DNA of 63,664 nt, the filler included, from Octopus bimaculoides (Eukaryota), in assembly GCF_001194135.2 (NCBI RefSeq). It is 6 parts of 6 records of this genome, joined end to end, with 100 filler letters (N's around TTAATTAATTAA, not from the genome) between each part and the next. Parts side by side here need not be neighbours in the genome. Positions count along the whole stretch, not along the records: positions 21,885 to 37,541 come from NC_068990.1; positions 37,642 to 53,168 come from NC_068987.1; 4 more parts are not named here. One strand, written 5' to 3'. This document shows, in pieces, positions 37,479 through 50,882 of the stretch (position 1 is its first letter; every line of letters begins with the position of its first letter). A program made the translations under genes and the position numbers. The notes below the pieces were generated by a model. That model had not been told where the DNA came from and did no database searches. It saw nothing but the letters and a program-made list of their open reading frames with translations.

Positions 37479-40400
37479 CATTTCTTTTATTAGCCACACA
37501 GGGCTCAACGAAGATGGGACAAATACAATGTAGAGCTTTTCNNNNNNNNNNNNNNNNNNNNNNNNNNNNNNNNNNNNNNNNNNNNTTAATTAATTAANNN
37601 NNNNNNNNNNNNNNNNNNNNNNNNNNNNNNNNNNNNNNNNNCAGTGGTCTACTGTTTAGTTAAATGTTTTTAAGAGATAAATTTTGAAAAGCTGCATTCC
37701 CTCGCTTTCGGTAAATATGTTGCTTATTTTTGGTAGTTTTTTTTTTAATTATTTAGTCCCTCGATAGCGTGAGGCATTAATACACAGTTAATGCCCTTTA
37801 TATATAATTAAATATATCTATGAAGAAACGATGAATTTTTTCATTACGAAATTTTTCGTTATTTTTTCATTATGAGTTTTTTTTCACGCTGACTACTTGA
37901 TAAATTCTTATAAAGAATTTATCCTATATTATATTATATATGAAATAATATGTATAAGACTGAAATGATGAACATATAATCGCACATACAATTCTGCGTC
38001 TCATTGAGTGGGCATGTGTGAAGTATTACGCATGCATATATTTACATTTATGCGTGCATATACTCATGCGTACGCCCCTTGGGATAGAACGTGTTTGTGA
38101 GAGAACGACAATGAGTGATGAAGAGAGATAGACATATTCGCTGACACACATATGCCATACATTTTCATCGATAATATAAAAATAATAGAAAACAAATGAT
38201 GAGTAAGAAAAACACATCAACTTATTCACCAACTTATAATTTAATTTGGCACTCTTTTGTTATGTAGGAAAAGGACATTGTATGATTAAAAGCTCATCCT
38301 TATCAGTCTACATTACTAGTAGAACATAGAAAGTATTGATTTTGTCTACTTTTCAGTGCTGATTAAATTCATTTCAAATATTATCGAATTTTCTTGAGAA
38401 GTATTCAATAACTACACATATTTAGTAGATGGTAACTAGTCGCCTTTCACAAATAGAGTTATGTGTGCTTTAGTAATGAAACTGATAATATATGAAAAAA
38501 AATGGTTAAAACAATTTATCAGAATAACTATTTTACACCAATATAGTTCAGTATCATAAATCAAAATTCTCATATATAACGAAACATATACGTCGAAAAT
38601 AGAAGAGAATGCCTGAGCAATGTAAATTTGCTACTTATTCATTCGAGCTGCAATTTCTGAAATGCTAATGAGTTCATATATATCCGCAAATAAAGAATAC
38701 ATACATACACACATGCATACATTCATACATACATGCATACATACATACATACATATATACATACANNNNNNNNNNNNNNNNNNNNNNNNNNNNNNNNNNN
38801 NNNNNNNNNNNNNNNNNNNNNNNNNNNNNNNNNNNNNNNNNNNNNNNNNNNNNNNNNNNNNNNNNATACATATATATACATATATATACATATATATATA
38901 TATATAATATATATGTATATAAATTGAACTTAATTTGTGCAAACAGGAGAGTAAAATTAATATATGAATTTGAAAATTATATTTTAGCTGAGGTACGATA
39001 ATATTTCAGTAGCCTAGTATTCCGTCCTAACTGTCTTGTTAAGCAGTTTTAGAAGTGCTTGAACAGGAAACGCACTCTCTTGATCCATCATGTCAAATAT
39101 AAAAGAAAAACATATTACATATTTCAATGATGCACGTACTTAAAGCTAAGTAGAACAATTTTAGTGCATCTAATATAGGTTATTAAGTTTATTCCATCTG
39201 TTTAATCAGTGACAATGCACAAGGCTTATTACATGCACATGTAGATATGTACTCAATGCGTCTTACTTTATATAGATTAAAGAAACCGGAAAAGTGGGTA
39301 TCAAATAACTGATCGTGATGAAGAACAGAGTGGCCTAACACACACATATTCATATATGTATATATATATATATATNNNNNNNNNNNNNNNNNNNNNNNNN
39401 NNNNNNNNNNNNNNNNNNNNNNNNNNNNNNNNNNNNNNNNNNNNNNNNNNNNNNNNNNNNNNNNNNNNNNNNNNNNNNNNNNNNNNNNNNNNNNNNNNNN
39501 NNNNNNNNNNNNNNNNNNNNNNNNNNNNNNNNNNNNNNNNNNNNNNNNNNNNNNNNNNNNNNNNNNNNNNNNNNNNNNNNNNNNNNNNNNNNNNNNNNNN
39601 NNNNNNNNNNNNNNNNNNNNNNNNNNNNNNNNNNNNNNNNNNNNNNNNNNNNNNNNNNNNNNNNNNNNNNNNNNNNNNNNNNNNNNNNNNNNNNNNNNNN
39701 NNNNNNNNNNNNNNNNNNNNNNNNNNNNNNNNNNNNNNNNNNNNNNNNNNNNNNNNNNNNNNNNNNNNNNNNNNNNNNNNNNNNNNNNNNNNNNNNNNNN
39801 NNNNNNNNNNNNNNNNNNNNNNNNNNNNNNNNNNNNNNNNNNNNNNNNNNNNNNNNNNNNNNNNNNNNNNNNNNNNNNNNNNNNNNNNNNNNNNNNNNNN
39901 NNNNNNNNNNNNNNNNNNNNNNNNNNNNNNNNNNNNNNNNNNNNNNNNNNNNNNNNNNNNNNNNNNNNNNNNNNNNNNNNNNNNNNNNNNNNNNNNNNNN
40001 NNNNNNNNNNNNNNNNNNNNNNNNNNNNNNNNNNNNNNNNNNNNNNNNNNNNNNNNNNNNNNNNNNNNNNNNNNNNNNNNNNNNNNNNNNNNNNNNNNNN
40101 NNNNNNNNNNNNNNNNNNNNNNNNNNNNNNNNNNNNNNNNNNNNNNNNNNNNNNNNNNNNNNNNNNNNNNNNNNNNNNNNNNNNNNNNNNNNNNNNNNNN
40201 NNNNNNNNNNNNNNNNNNNNNNNNNNNNNNNNNNNNNNNNNNNNNNNNNNNNNNNNNNNNNNNNNNNNNNNNNNNNNNNNNNNNNNNNNNNNNATATATA
40301 TATATATATATATATAAGGTATGTATGCATTGTGCGTGTGTATCAATTACATCACTTCATTATAAAGTGCTTCCTTTATGGTTGAGCTATAATCGATAAA

Positions 40401-41550
40401 TTACAATGAGGAAATAAACGTAATAAAACATTAGTTTTTGTCTTGCTTATAAAGGTTCATGAATATCTAAAACCATATTTATACAATTATGATCAGAATA
40501 GCAGAGCATATAACTGCGGAAAAAATTAGGTTATACAAATGAATTTAAAGTGAATATAGATTTAGGTAGTTGCTACTTTTATTTGAGTTCAGCTTTTATA
40601 AGCGTTTGATTCTCTAATTAATCATATTGTGAACACAAGTACAACACAACCCTTCAGGTACTTTTCTTCTGATTTCGTGCATATGTACACCCCCGCACAC
40701 AAACATATATACACACACCAACATACATACACACTTAGAATCACGCGTATCTGTACATGTAGAATGAAACTGAATTCACGTTCTTTTTTGATGGTAGTGT
40801 GTCATTTATGCATAATTTGGCTGTTATATCTAGCAGGTCATAGGACGAAGTAAACATCTTCCTATATAGCTCCAAGTATTGTTTGAGTCTAGTGTACAGA
40901 ACATAAAATAAATCTATGATGTAAGGTATTCCATGCTGACTATTTGTTTATATTAGAAACTATACTGTCCCATATGTCCTTTATTTAAGATTGTACCGTG
41001 TGATTTGAGGGTTTCGTGGCTGCTATTTCCAGTAGTTTGAACTAGCTGGTTGACGATTCCACGCGCACTACTGATACGACTTGCTATACATTGAGGTTAA
41101 TTATACAAAAATGGACTAAGTCAATTTCTCAAAGTCGCGAGGGGTGGGCATATATGATCAACATATAAATACAAATACAGGTATAAGGAATACTATAGAA
41201 TATAAATTCTTGATCTTTTAAAACTATATCCGAATGCGTGTTATGTTTACTAAACGGCAATGGAGAACAGACACATATGAAATGGCGAGATAATCTGAAG
41301 AATCCAGAATTGTCCAAACCTGACATGCTATAAATTAAAACACAGGCGTCTTGTCCTGGGTAAGATAACGGTCGAAACACTTCTTTCTGCCTCAATAGGC
41401 TTCGTCAGTACGACATTTGTCCTGGCCTATCTTCAGTAATCGAAGAACATTGACATATACAAGAAAAGTTGAGCACATTTATGGTTAGACAATTTGTAAA
41501 AATTACAAAAAAACAAACTGAAACAAATAATTCAAAGTCCACTGTGGTAT

Positions 41551-42327
41551 ACTCTTTACTCTTTTACTCTTTTACTTGTTTCAATCATTTAAATGCGGTC
41601 ATTCTGGAGCACCACCTTCAGTCGAATCAAATCGACCACAGGACTTATTCTTTGTAAGCCTAGTACTTATTATATTGGTATCTTTCTCCGAACCGCTAAG
41701 TTACCGGTACGTAAAGACACCAGCATCGGTTGTCAAGCGATGTTGGGGGGATAAACACAGACACACAACATATACACACACGTACATACATACATACATA
41801 TACATATATATATATACATACATACATACATACATATATAAATATATATATATATATATNNNNNNNNNNNNNNNNNNNNNNNNNNNNNNNNNNNNNNNNN
41901 NNNNNNNNNNNNNNNNNNNNNNNNNNNNNNNNNNNNNNNNNNNNNNNNNNNNNNNNNNNNNNNNNNNNNNNNNNNNNNNNNNNNNNNNNNNNNNNNNNNN
42001 NNNNNNNNNNNNNNNNNNNNNNNNNNNNNNNNNNNNNNNNNNNNNNNNNNNNNNNNNNNNNNNNNNNNNNNNNNNNNNNNNNNNNNNNNNNNNNNNNNNN
42101 NNNNNNNNNNNNNNNNNNNNNNNNNNNNNNNNNNNNNNNNNNNNNNNNATATATATATATACACACATACATACATATATACGACGGGCTTCCGTCTACT
42201 AAATTCACTCACAAGTCTTTGGTCGGCCCGAGGCTGTAGTAGAAGACACTTGGCCAAGTGGCCACGCAGTGGAACTGAACCCTGAACCATGTGGTTGGTA
42301 AGCGAGCTACTTACCACACAGCCACTC
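41551..42327 (-). mobile_element. SINE family B with an N gap inside its internal microsatellite
   Basis: Tail at 41551-41760, (CA)/(TA), gap 41860-42148, head at 42180-42327. Confidence 0.9.
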
Positions 42328-42963
42328 ATGAACAATACATAAAAAGATTAGTATATTATATCTGGTCTCAACCGCCACATCTCATTATTTAGATACGTAA
42401 TCTAGGAGTAGAATGTTGATTTTCAAATGTATGGTGAAAGGAAAAAGTTGGAAAATTCCTGTCAAAAAGGAGAAAATTCAACTTATGTGTGTGTGCTATT
42501 GTGAAAGTCTGCCAAGGCATTCTGTTGTGAAAATTGCCCGGCAACGACGGGATACCCTCTTCTTGGGTGTGTATGTGTGTTTGACTGCATATATAAATAT
42601 ATATGTGTATACGGGACCTTGATGATTGCTACAAAGCCGGAAAGTATACTAGTCCTTATATATATTTAATACTCAATATTTCATTTATTCAATAAGACAT
42701 TCAATACTTCAATTCATTTTACTATTTATATTATATATTCCATATTTAATATACCACATTAATTTTATAAGAATATAAATAAAACAAAAAAACAGAGTTG
42801 GAACTCTTTTGAATAATATATACATACATATACACATATATATATATATATATATAAATATATCTATGTATACACACACACATGCATACACACACATGCA
42901 TACACACACACGCATATAATCATGTAATCATGCATGTTAGTTTTAAAAGAATTACATTTTCAA

Positions 42964-43352
42964 CGGAGGCGCAATAGCCCAATGGTTAGGGCAGCAGACT
43001 CGCTGTGGTAGGATGGAGGTTTCGATTCCCAGACCAGGCATTGTGAGTGTTTATTGAGCGAAAACACCTAAAGCTCCACGAGGCTCTGGCAGGGGTGGTG
43101 GCGAACTCAACTGTACTCTTTCACCGCAACTTTCTCTCACTCATTCTTCCTGCTTCTGTCGTACCTGTATTTCAAAGGGCCAAACTTGTCATATTCTCTG
43201 CCATGCTGAATCTCCCCAAGAACTACGTTAAGGGTACATATGTCAGTGGAGTGCTCAGCCACTTGCACGTTAAATTCATGAGCAGTCTGTTCCGTTGATC
43301 GGATAAATTGGAACCCTTGTCGTCGTAACCGACGGAGTGCCTCCACGACAAC
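42964..43352 (+). mobile_element. SINE family C, full length
   Basis: GGAGGCGCAATAGCCCAATGGTTAGGGCAGC...GGTTTCGATTCCCAGACC...3' CTTGTCGTCGTAACCGACGGAGTGCC. Confidence 0.88.
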
Positions 43353-43459
43353 ATTTTCATTAGACTACGGGGCACGACTCATACACACTGACATATATGC
43401 ATATACATACACCTGTTTATGAGTATACATCTGTATATAATTATATGTGTATGCATACA

Positions 43460-43504
<45 letters not shown>

Positions 43505-43978
43505 CTACTGCATCTCAGAAGTCAAGTGCATCGTATTAAAAATAGAGTCTGATAAACTTCTAAAAACTATTCAATAGAACTTAGTTCAATAATATAAGGA
43601 AATAAACAATCATGTTAAAACAGCCTATCAATAGTTGTTTACCGTGCATCAAAAGAAGTACGTGGAAAAACCGTCGAAATAAAAAAAAAATCTATAAACA
43701 TATAAAAATTCATGAGGAATCTTGTAGAAGAATTTTTGCACAAATAACATTATTAAATATACATATATTAGTATTAGTAGTCATGGTAGTGATTATAGCT
43801 GCAGTTTATGTTCCGTTTCGGCTGGTTATTAATTTTTATATTTCATACTGTAGGTCATTGCACTGAAATGTAATAAAACATTGTGAATATATATTGTCAA
43901 TTCTTCAAGAGCAACACTTAACTTTTCTCTGCTTGTTAAAGAACGTCTACTGACAAGTGCATTGTGTATGTATAACAG

Positions 43979-43979
<1 letters not shown>

Positions 43980-44057
<78 letters not shown>
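43980..44057. repeat. (CTA)n microsatellite
   Basis: Direct reading. Confidence 0.97.
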
Positions 44058-44058
<1 letters not shown>

Positions 44059-44059
44059 T

Positions 44060-44190
44060 TCTTACTATAATGAGGGTTATGTCCGTCTGTCCGTCTGTTC
44101 TCTCTTCACGGACAAACTGCTGGACCATGGGTCACGATGTTTTTCAGGATTACGAAGGAAATAATCAGGTAAGTCTTTAACGCAAAAAAA
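44060..44190 (+). mobile_element. Helitron-like 5' end fragment, same family as the 44394 element
   Basis: TCTTACTATAATGAGGGTTATGTCCGTCTGTCCGTCTG...GCTGGACCA parallels TCTTACTGTAATGGGCGTTATGTC(TGTC)n...GCTGGACCA. Confidence 0.5.
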
Positions 44191-44393
44191 AAAAAAAAGA
44201 AAAAGTATGATTATTTAGTGGATGCTGAGTTTTGTATCAATAAATCACCTTTGATTTTTTTGTTAAAATTCTGGCGACAAGGATTAACGTTGGATTCCCC
44301 ACCCCCACCAACGCCATATAATTCGTGAATTTAGAGGGTATATATTTGCGACACTATCCCTCTATTTCCCATCGTAGATGGGCAGGTTTGCTA

Positions 44394-45776
44394 TCTTACT
44401 GTAATGGGCGTTATGTCTATCTGTCTGTCTGTCTGTCTGTCTGTACGTCTGTACGTCTGTTTGGTCCCTCTACATGGCCAGATGGCTGGACCAATGGTTA
44501 CAATATTTTTCGGGATTACAAAGACGGTCGTCACGAAGGTTTTTAGCATTGAAAAATCAGAAACTATGATTATTTCGTGGATATCGATTTTTGAATTGAT
44601 AACCCACATTCGTATTTCTATTAAGAATTCACCGACCACGTGTAACTCTGGATTTCACATAGTATATTTCGTGGCCCCATCGTATATACGAAGGGTGTCG
44701 CGAGGACGGTTAATAGCGAAAATAGAAAATGGAAAAAGTGTGTGTCAGTATATAGTAAGTGTAATTATTTAGTGGTTATTAAGGCGGCGATCTGGCAGAA
44801 ACGTTAGCACGCCGGGCGAAATATTTAGCGGTAGTTTGTCTGCCGTTACGTTCTGAGTTCAAATTCCGCCGAGGTCGACTTTGCCTTTCATCCTTTCGGG
44901 GTCGATAAATTAAGTACCACAGTTACGCACTTGGGTCGAAGTGATCGACTTAATCCTTTTGTCTGTCTTTGTCTGTCCCTTCTACGTTTAGCCCCTTGTG
45001 GGCAATAAAGAAATAAGAAACGTTAGCTCGCCAGGCGAAATGCTTATCGGTATTTCGTCTGTCTTTACGTTCTGAGTCCAAATTCCGCCGAGGTCTATTT
45101 TGCCTTTCATTCTTTCAGAGTCGATAAATTAAGTACCACTTGCGTACTGGGGTCGATCTAATCGACTGGTCCCCGTCACCAAAATTTCGGGCCTTGTGCC
45201 TAGACTAGAAAAGATTATTTAGTGGTTATTTAGGTGTGTCAGACTCCAACAGGATTCGAAACGGCTCATCGAAGCGGCTGAGGTTTACATCTCAGTTTCG
45301 TCAATCAAAATAACCCATGGTATCAGAACATCCAGACATTATTCGCATAGAACAGTGAGAGGTAAGTCTTAGTTTTGTATTTTGCAACCCTAAAGATTCT
45401 CTTTGCGCATTCACAGAAAACAAGGTAAAGGGCCAAACTTTGGGTCGTGTAGGTGTATTTTGACCAACTCCGATGTTTACACATGGCCAGTTATACGTCG
45501 CCATGAGAATAGCAACGGACTCCAGTAATTTGAAAATTAGTGTCGACCAAACAGAAAATATCGTCTACAGAGAGGTTTTGTAATCATATTAATATCATCG
45601 AAAGGAATATGATTCATGATTTAAGTGAGGAAATTTGTGAACTTTGAATGTATAAGTGTATAAACAAGCGTAAAATAGTGTAAACAACTAAAATAAAAGT
45701 ATATCTAAATAACATTTTTTTTCTTGATTCTTTTTATGTAGCAGCCGAATGAAGCTCTGGATTTCCTTAGAAATAG
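44394..45776 (+). mobile_element. Internally deleted Helitron retaining the Pif1-like helicase C-terminus, interrupted by a SINE dimer
   Basis: 45419-45583 reads NKVKGQTLGRVGVF*PTPMFTHGQLYVAM...SNLKIS...TENIVYREVL*, matching Helitron helicase motifs V-VI and the canonical NIVY.EVL stop. 5' A|TC start with (GTCT)n tract; weak 3' hairpin near 45742-45760. Confidence 0.78.
44781..45213 (+). mobile_element. SINE family A head-to-tail dimer (A then A2) inside one 17-bp TSD
   Basis: ATTATTTAGTGGTTATT at 44764-44780 and 45214-45230. Internal junction AAGAAATAAGAAACGTTAGC at ~45008-45027. Confidence 0.9.
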
Positions 45777-46019
45777 TCCACATAACCATTCATGATACAG
45801 AGGCTGGGAGCCTATTTTAGTTCGGGAGTGAATCGTCATCACATGTCATATAGCTGCAATAGAATGCTGTATCACTAACAATAATATGATTTCTCTAAGA
45901 CATCACCCAGTAATCTATCAAATCCATTTACACATTTCTCAATAGATACCGTCGTTTTGACTCTCTCCCTCATTTTATGCTTCGTAGATGTGTAGATTTG
46001 CTACTAATAATGATGTTTA

Positions 46020-46217
46020 CAAATTTTGGCACAAGGGCGGCAATTACGAGTGAGATGTAAGTCGATTACATCGATCCCAGTCTTCAATGGTACGTAGTTT
46101 ATCCGCATCTGCAGGATGAAGAACAAGGCCGACCTCAGTGGAAAATGAACGAAGAACGTAAAGACAGACGAAATGCCTCTAGGCGGTTTACCCGGTGTGT
46201 TAACGCTTCTGTCAACT
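46020..46217 (-). mobile_element. SINE family A2, degenerate
   Basis: AAATTTTGGCACAAG...AGTCGATTACATCGATCCCAG...AGAACGTAAAGACAGACGAAATGCC. Confidence 0.8.
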
Positions 46218-46265
46218 GGATAATACTAATAATTACGATGAAAGTAATGATAATTATAATTATTA

Positions 46266-46448
46266 GTTTCAAATTTTGGCACAAGGCCAGTAATTTGTGA
46301 GGAGGGAGCAGTTGACTATATCGACCCAGTGATCAACTGTAATCGTTTTACTGACACTGAAAATATATACAGTAAAGTCGATCACGGTAAAATTAGAACT
46401 CAAAACCTATGAAGACGGCGTGCTAACGATTCTGTCATGCATCCTCCT
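46266..46448 (-). mobile_element. SINE family A2, more degenerate
   Basis: TTTCAAATTTTGGCACAAGGCCAG...TCGACCCAG...GGCGTGCTAACGATTCTG. Confidence 0.7.
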
Positions 46449-46499
46449 TAATAATAATTATAATTATTATCAATATCAGGATTTGGTATTTTTCCGTCA

Positions 46500-48000
46500 T
46501 CTCATGCCTCGTAGGACTTAAAAGATTTCTTTATTCTGGTCGTCGTTTTTTTTGGTACAGAACCGTACAGTGTGTGGCTTTAAGTAATTAAGCATCCTTC
46601 AGTGTGGATGCCCTTCACCTATTATTTTTAGCAAGGAACTCTCGACAGTTTTCTTTTTTTCTTCTTCTCGTATGCAATCCTTTACTGCTCTTAGCCTCTA
46701 ATCGACAATATACTAGAGACTACGAAGACATTCTGCCTTCTTGATCCTGCATCTACTCAGTCTTTGTGGTTCAAGGTGCCAACAATAAGATGATCGAATT
46801 CTACTTCTCTTTCTATGACCAGCTATGTATAGTCAACCACTTTCCAGCCATAATTTCTTATTCCATACTACAACTACTATCATTTCAACACTGAACAGCA
46901 AAGATCTATTGATAATAGCAGGAGTACCAGAAATAGTCTTCCACTCTGTGTTTCTGTTCTTGTTTTGTTCGCTTTTCATTTCATTTCCTTCTCAGTAGAA
47001 AACATTTAGATAGCCTTTTCTCCTGTACAAGGAACAACTAAACCTTTTGACCTGAACAACCATTTATGAGAATTCCATGTTGTTACCTAGAACATTAAGA
47101 CTTGACTTCTATGTAAACATCACGCATACTCTCGTGTCATGTTTTTTCTCATGGTGTGCCCGTACTATTGAACAACGTACTACAGACCAAAGACCATCAG
47201 CCGTATCAATATCTTATGCTCTTGATCTTTGTATTTATATGATATTTGCAATGTATTAACAGACGATAGGCACGCATGTATTGAACCAATCTCTATTTCC
47301 ATGAATCATACATAATCATAAGAGCTAGGTTCACACTTTCGTGCTTTCGTCAACGGCCAATAGAACACAACATTTTGTTTCAAACTCCATGCATAATTAA
47401 GGGCGGGGCGATTTTACTGGCCAACGATTCCACGCTAGTTACCACTGGAGTTGCAATAACTGGTTCTCTGAAAGTATCAAAAGAAGTAGACACATTTATC
47501 CACTTAGACCGTCTGCCTTACTTCTATATGTTATATCATATTTTTGTTCTGCAGAATGCAGGATTTCTAACGTTGCGTCTTTCGTTAAATGATCCTTCGC
47601 GGTAATATAAAAAACGCATACATATTTTGAAAATCAACATTATGCTATATACTTCAACCACCTTTATTTCTGCAAAAATCCGTTCAGTAAAGGCAGCAGT
47701 GTCTTTTGTGACATGCCTCATCCGTTTCCCGTAATTTCCGTTGAAGAAAATGTGAAAAGGCTTGTGTGTATTTTATCATCATCATTTGAAAAGGTTGCAC
47801 TGGTGTTGTTATATATGATTGAAATGGCTCTTAAATTTCTGTTTGGCATATTCAATTGTCTTCACCTGTGAGTGGTTATATGTCTCTTTATGTACGTTAT
47901 TTTCTCGGCCACCATCCCTAAAATTTGACTGTGCTTCCAAAAATTTCAAAAGTTCTAAGTAAATATATTTGGTGATACGATCATTAAGGTTAACAATTCA
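46500..48000 (-). mobile_element. Possible highly decayed LINE (RTE-like) sequence
   Basis: Scattered weak motifs only: EFDHLIVGTL (cf. SDHHLV), LLKFLEAQSNFRDG (cf. Q.GFR.G), IKYTQAFS (cf. IDY.KAFD). The apparent domain order is inconsistent with a single element. Confidence 0.25.
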
Positions 48001-49557
48001 TTGTGCAACATAACTTTTCATACTGAGTATCCAATAAATGAAGGAAAATAACTGTTTACAAAAATATGTGTATAAAGAAAGAAATACGAATTAAGAACTT
48101 TCGCTTCAAATAGAGACGGTGTGTGAACGCTGAAATATGTTGAAGTCCTCTGTGAGTTAAAATGCACCGTATCTTACACTGTCCACGCTAAAGAACCAAA
48201 AAGAGAAAAGTAATTATGAATTGATAATAATTATTGAAACTACACACAAAAATAATGAAAATATATATACTCAATAAAAAGCTCCACACAATCGTGCCGA
48301 TGAAGCACTTAGACATGATGCTAATGAATGTGATTAATGAAATGATGCGTACACTAAACACTAACACACACACACGCACACACACACACACACACACATA
48401 CGCACCTACACATACGCACATGCACACACAAAATCACGCTTACACGAACACATACACGCAAGTATACGCACATATATGCACATATTTGCGCATATAATAT
48501 CCAATTTCAAACAAAGAACATGTCAGTTGGAACAACAACTTGTCGCAACAATAAAATGCATAAAATAAGTGCAGCATACACGAAATAAACGCTAAGGCCA
48601 GCATGCTTGTAATTTACATGATGATTGTTTTCATCAACAAAGTTGTTATTTTAATTAATTAACATTTCAAAGTTGTCTCTCCTGCTTTTTTTCATTCTTA
48701 GAGTGAACAAAATTTGTCAATGTTTTCATTAATTAGATTGTTATATTGATTAATAAAAAAAATGTTTGCTACTAGAAATATGCTATCGCCCACTTTTCGA
48801 TTAAATGTTTGCATTTTTGTATCTTTTTTAAAAATGAAATTTAAGTATTTTTCTAAGTGGAAAACAATTCCGGATAATCAATAATATGATTTGCATTGTC
48901 CGGCGTAGAAAATTGCTTTTGTTTTCGGCCACCACTCCGTTTCTAACATTTAACTGACACAAGCCCAAAGACACACATTTATATGGAAGTCGCAAATGGT
49001 CATATAGAATCTTCCTATAAGACTTGACGTATACTTATTTTATTGACTTCAGAAAAAGTGGAATCAAAACTAAATCTGCTGGAATTCGAAATAAGATTCT
49101 AAAAAGAATGCGATTTTATCGCTCATCTTCGTGTTTTGACAATGATTTATATTGCTTTTGTGAGAACCAGTTCAGCCTTGATCTTATATATTTCACACAC
49201 GACCATCCCAGTTTACATTTATACACATAGTATATCAATGAACACATATGATAAGTTTTTTTGTTAAGAGCAGGAATGGAACTTGAACGTGGTCTGCTCC
49301 TACTTATAGCAGGTCAAGCCAAAGCCGGAATTAGACTTTGCCTGCTTTCTGAGCACATTAAATTTAGTAGAACACCTCATACACACAAATTCAAATATAC
49401 GGCATGTCACTAAATTTAAGCACCAAATTTCGTTTTGTATCTTGTTCGAAATAACACATAAGAATAAAAATTAATGCTGAAATTGACAAGCGTAGAAAGG
49501 TTAAATGTGCCTGTCAAAGCAGATTATCTTAGCTAAGAACAGTAAGATTTCAGCTGT

Positions 49558-49610
49558 ATGCATCACACTACTATATGCATCACACTACTATATGCATCAC
49601 ACTACAATAT
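49558..49610. repeat. 17-bp tandem repeat, 3 copies
   Basis: ATGCATCACACTACTAT x2 followed by ATGCATCACACTACAAT. Confidence 0.9.
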
Positions 49611-50424
49611 CTAAAAAAATTCTTTCCTTTTACATTTGGCATCTGAAATCTATAATGAATTTCTCAAGCCACGTCATCTTTATTATATTGCTCTTTATAT
49701 CTATTTAATTCCGATTACATAATCTCGTATTCGTTATTGTAGTTCTTAAATTTTTTTCCACCATTGACAATATGAGCGAAGTCCCTGCTGAACAACTTGT
49801 GATCATCATGGGTAAATGCATTCTAATGTCCCCATGAACCGATGGGGATGGAACACTTACCCTTTTATCATAGAATAAACCAGCTTATTCTCATGGACTG
49901 ATACATGATCTACGCTTCGATAAGTTTCAAATTGAACAGTTGTTTTTCTCTATGAACATATTTCGAAATTCATTGGCGGAGGAAGTAATAAGTTTCTCTA
50001 GATTTGTTCTTACAACTGTTTCATCGCACTGATAATACTTTGATTGGCTCACTACACCTTTTATTTTTCCCATGAGTATATATAGAAAAACTGTGCTTGA
50101 TACTTGTTTCCACACGAGACACCGAGAAAAGGCTAGCATGATTGTGGTTACAAAAGCTCTTGATTACACGTATGTCGTGGGATTAAACTATAACCATAAT
50201 GGCACATATTTTTAGAGCTTTGAACACCATTTGAAAATATCTTCGTATGTACATATGTGACAATGGAATATTATAGACGCACGCATTTAAAACTCCACAG
50301 AAGAGACAATATGATATTCATATATATATATATATATATACATATATACAAGAAAGGAACAAAACATCCAGATAGACGATACAAGGAGAACAAGGACGGG
50401 TCATTCGGAGTTTTCTTTCCTCAG

Positions 50425-50712
50425 AGTAGTGGTTGAGGTGTTGCGCTCACGATTGCATGATCGCGGTTTCGATTCCCAGGCTGGTCGTTTTGCTGTGTTC
50501 TTGAGCAAAGCACTTAATTTCACGTGGCTCTGCGATCATTTCGACATCTAACATGTGACACCCGTTGCACTTTTACTGTTAATGTCGATCTGATGGAGGG
50601 AGTGAGTTTATGTCCACACAAACATTTGATCCCTATAAACAAATCGTTTGTGTGGTTGTTCACCCAAAAATTGTCGAACCGTCATTTGTCGTCTAACGAC
50701 AGGAAAGTCCAT
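50425..50712 (+). mobile_element. tRNA-derived SINE family D
   Basis: GTAGTGGTTGAGGTGTTGCGCTCACGA...GGTTTCGATTCCCAGG...GTTCTTGAGCAAAGCACTT...3' TGTCGTCTAACGACAGG. Confidence 0.75.
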
Positions 50713-50760
50713 CATACATATATATGCACACGTACATATACATATACACCCCCATATATA

Positions 50761-50800
<40 letters not shown>

Positions 50801-50840
50801 NNNNNNNNNNNNNNNNNNNNNNNNNNNNNNNNNNNNNNNN

Positions 50841-50882
<42 letters not shown>

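Noticed and set aside
47345-47420. CCAAT plus GC-box (GGGCGGGGC) promoter candidate
   Set aside because: Falls in probable decayed LINE sequence, with no supporting TSS or exon.
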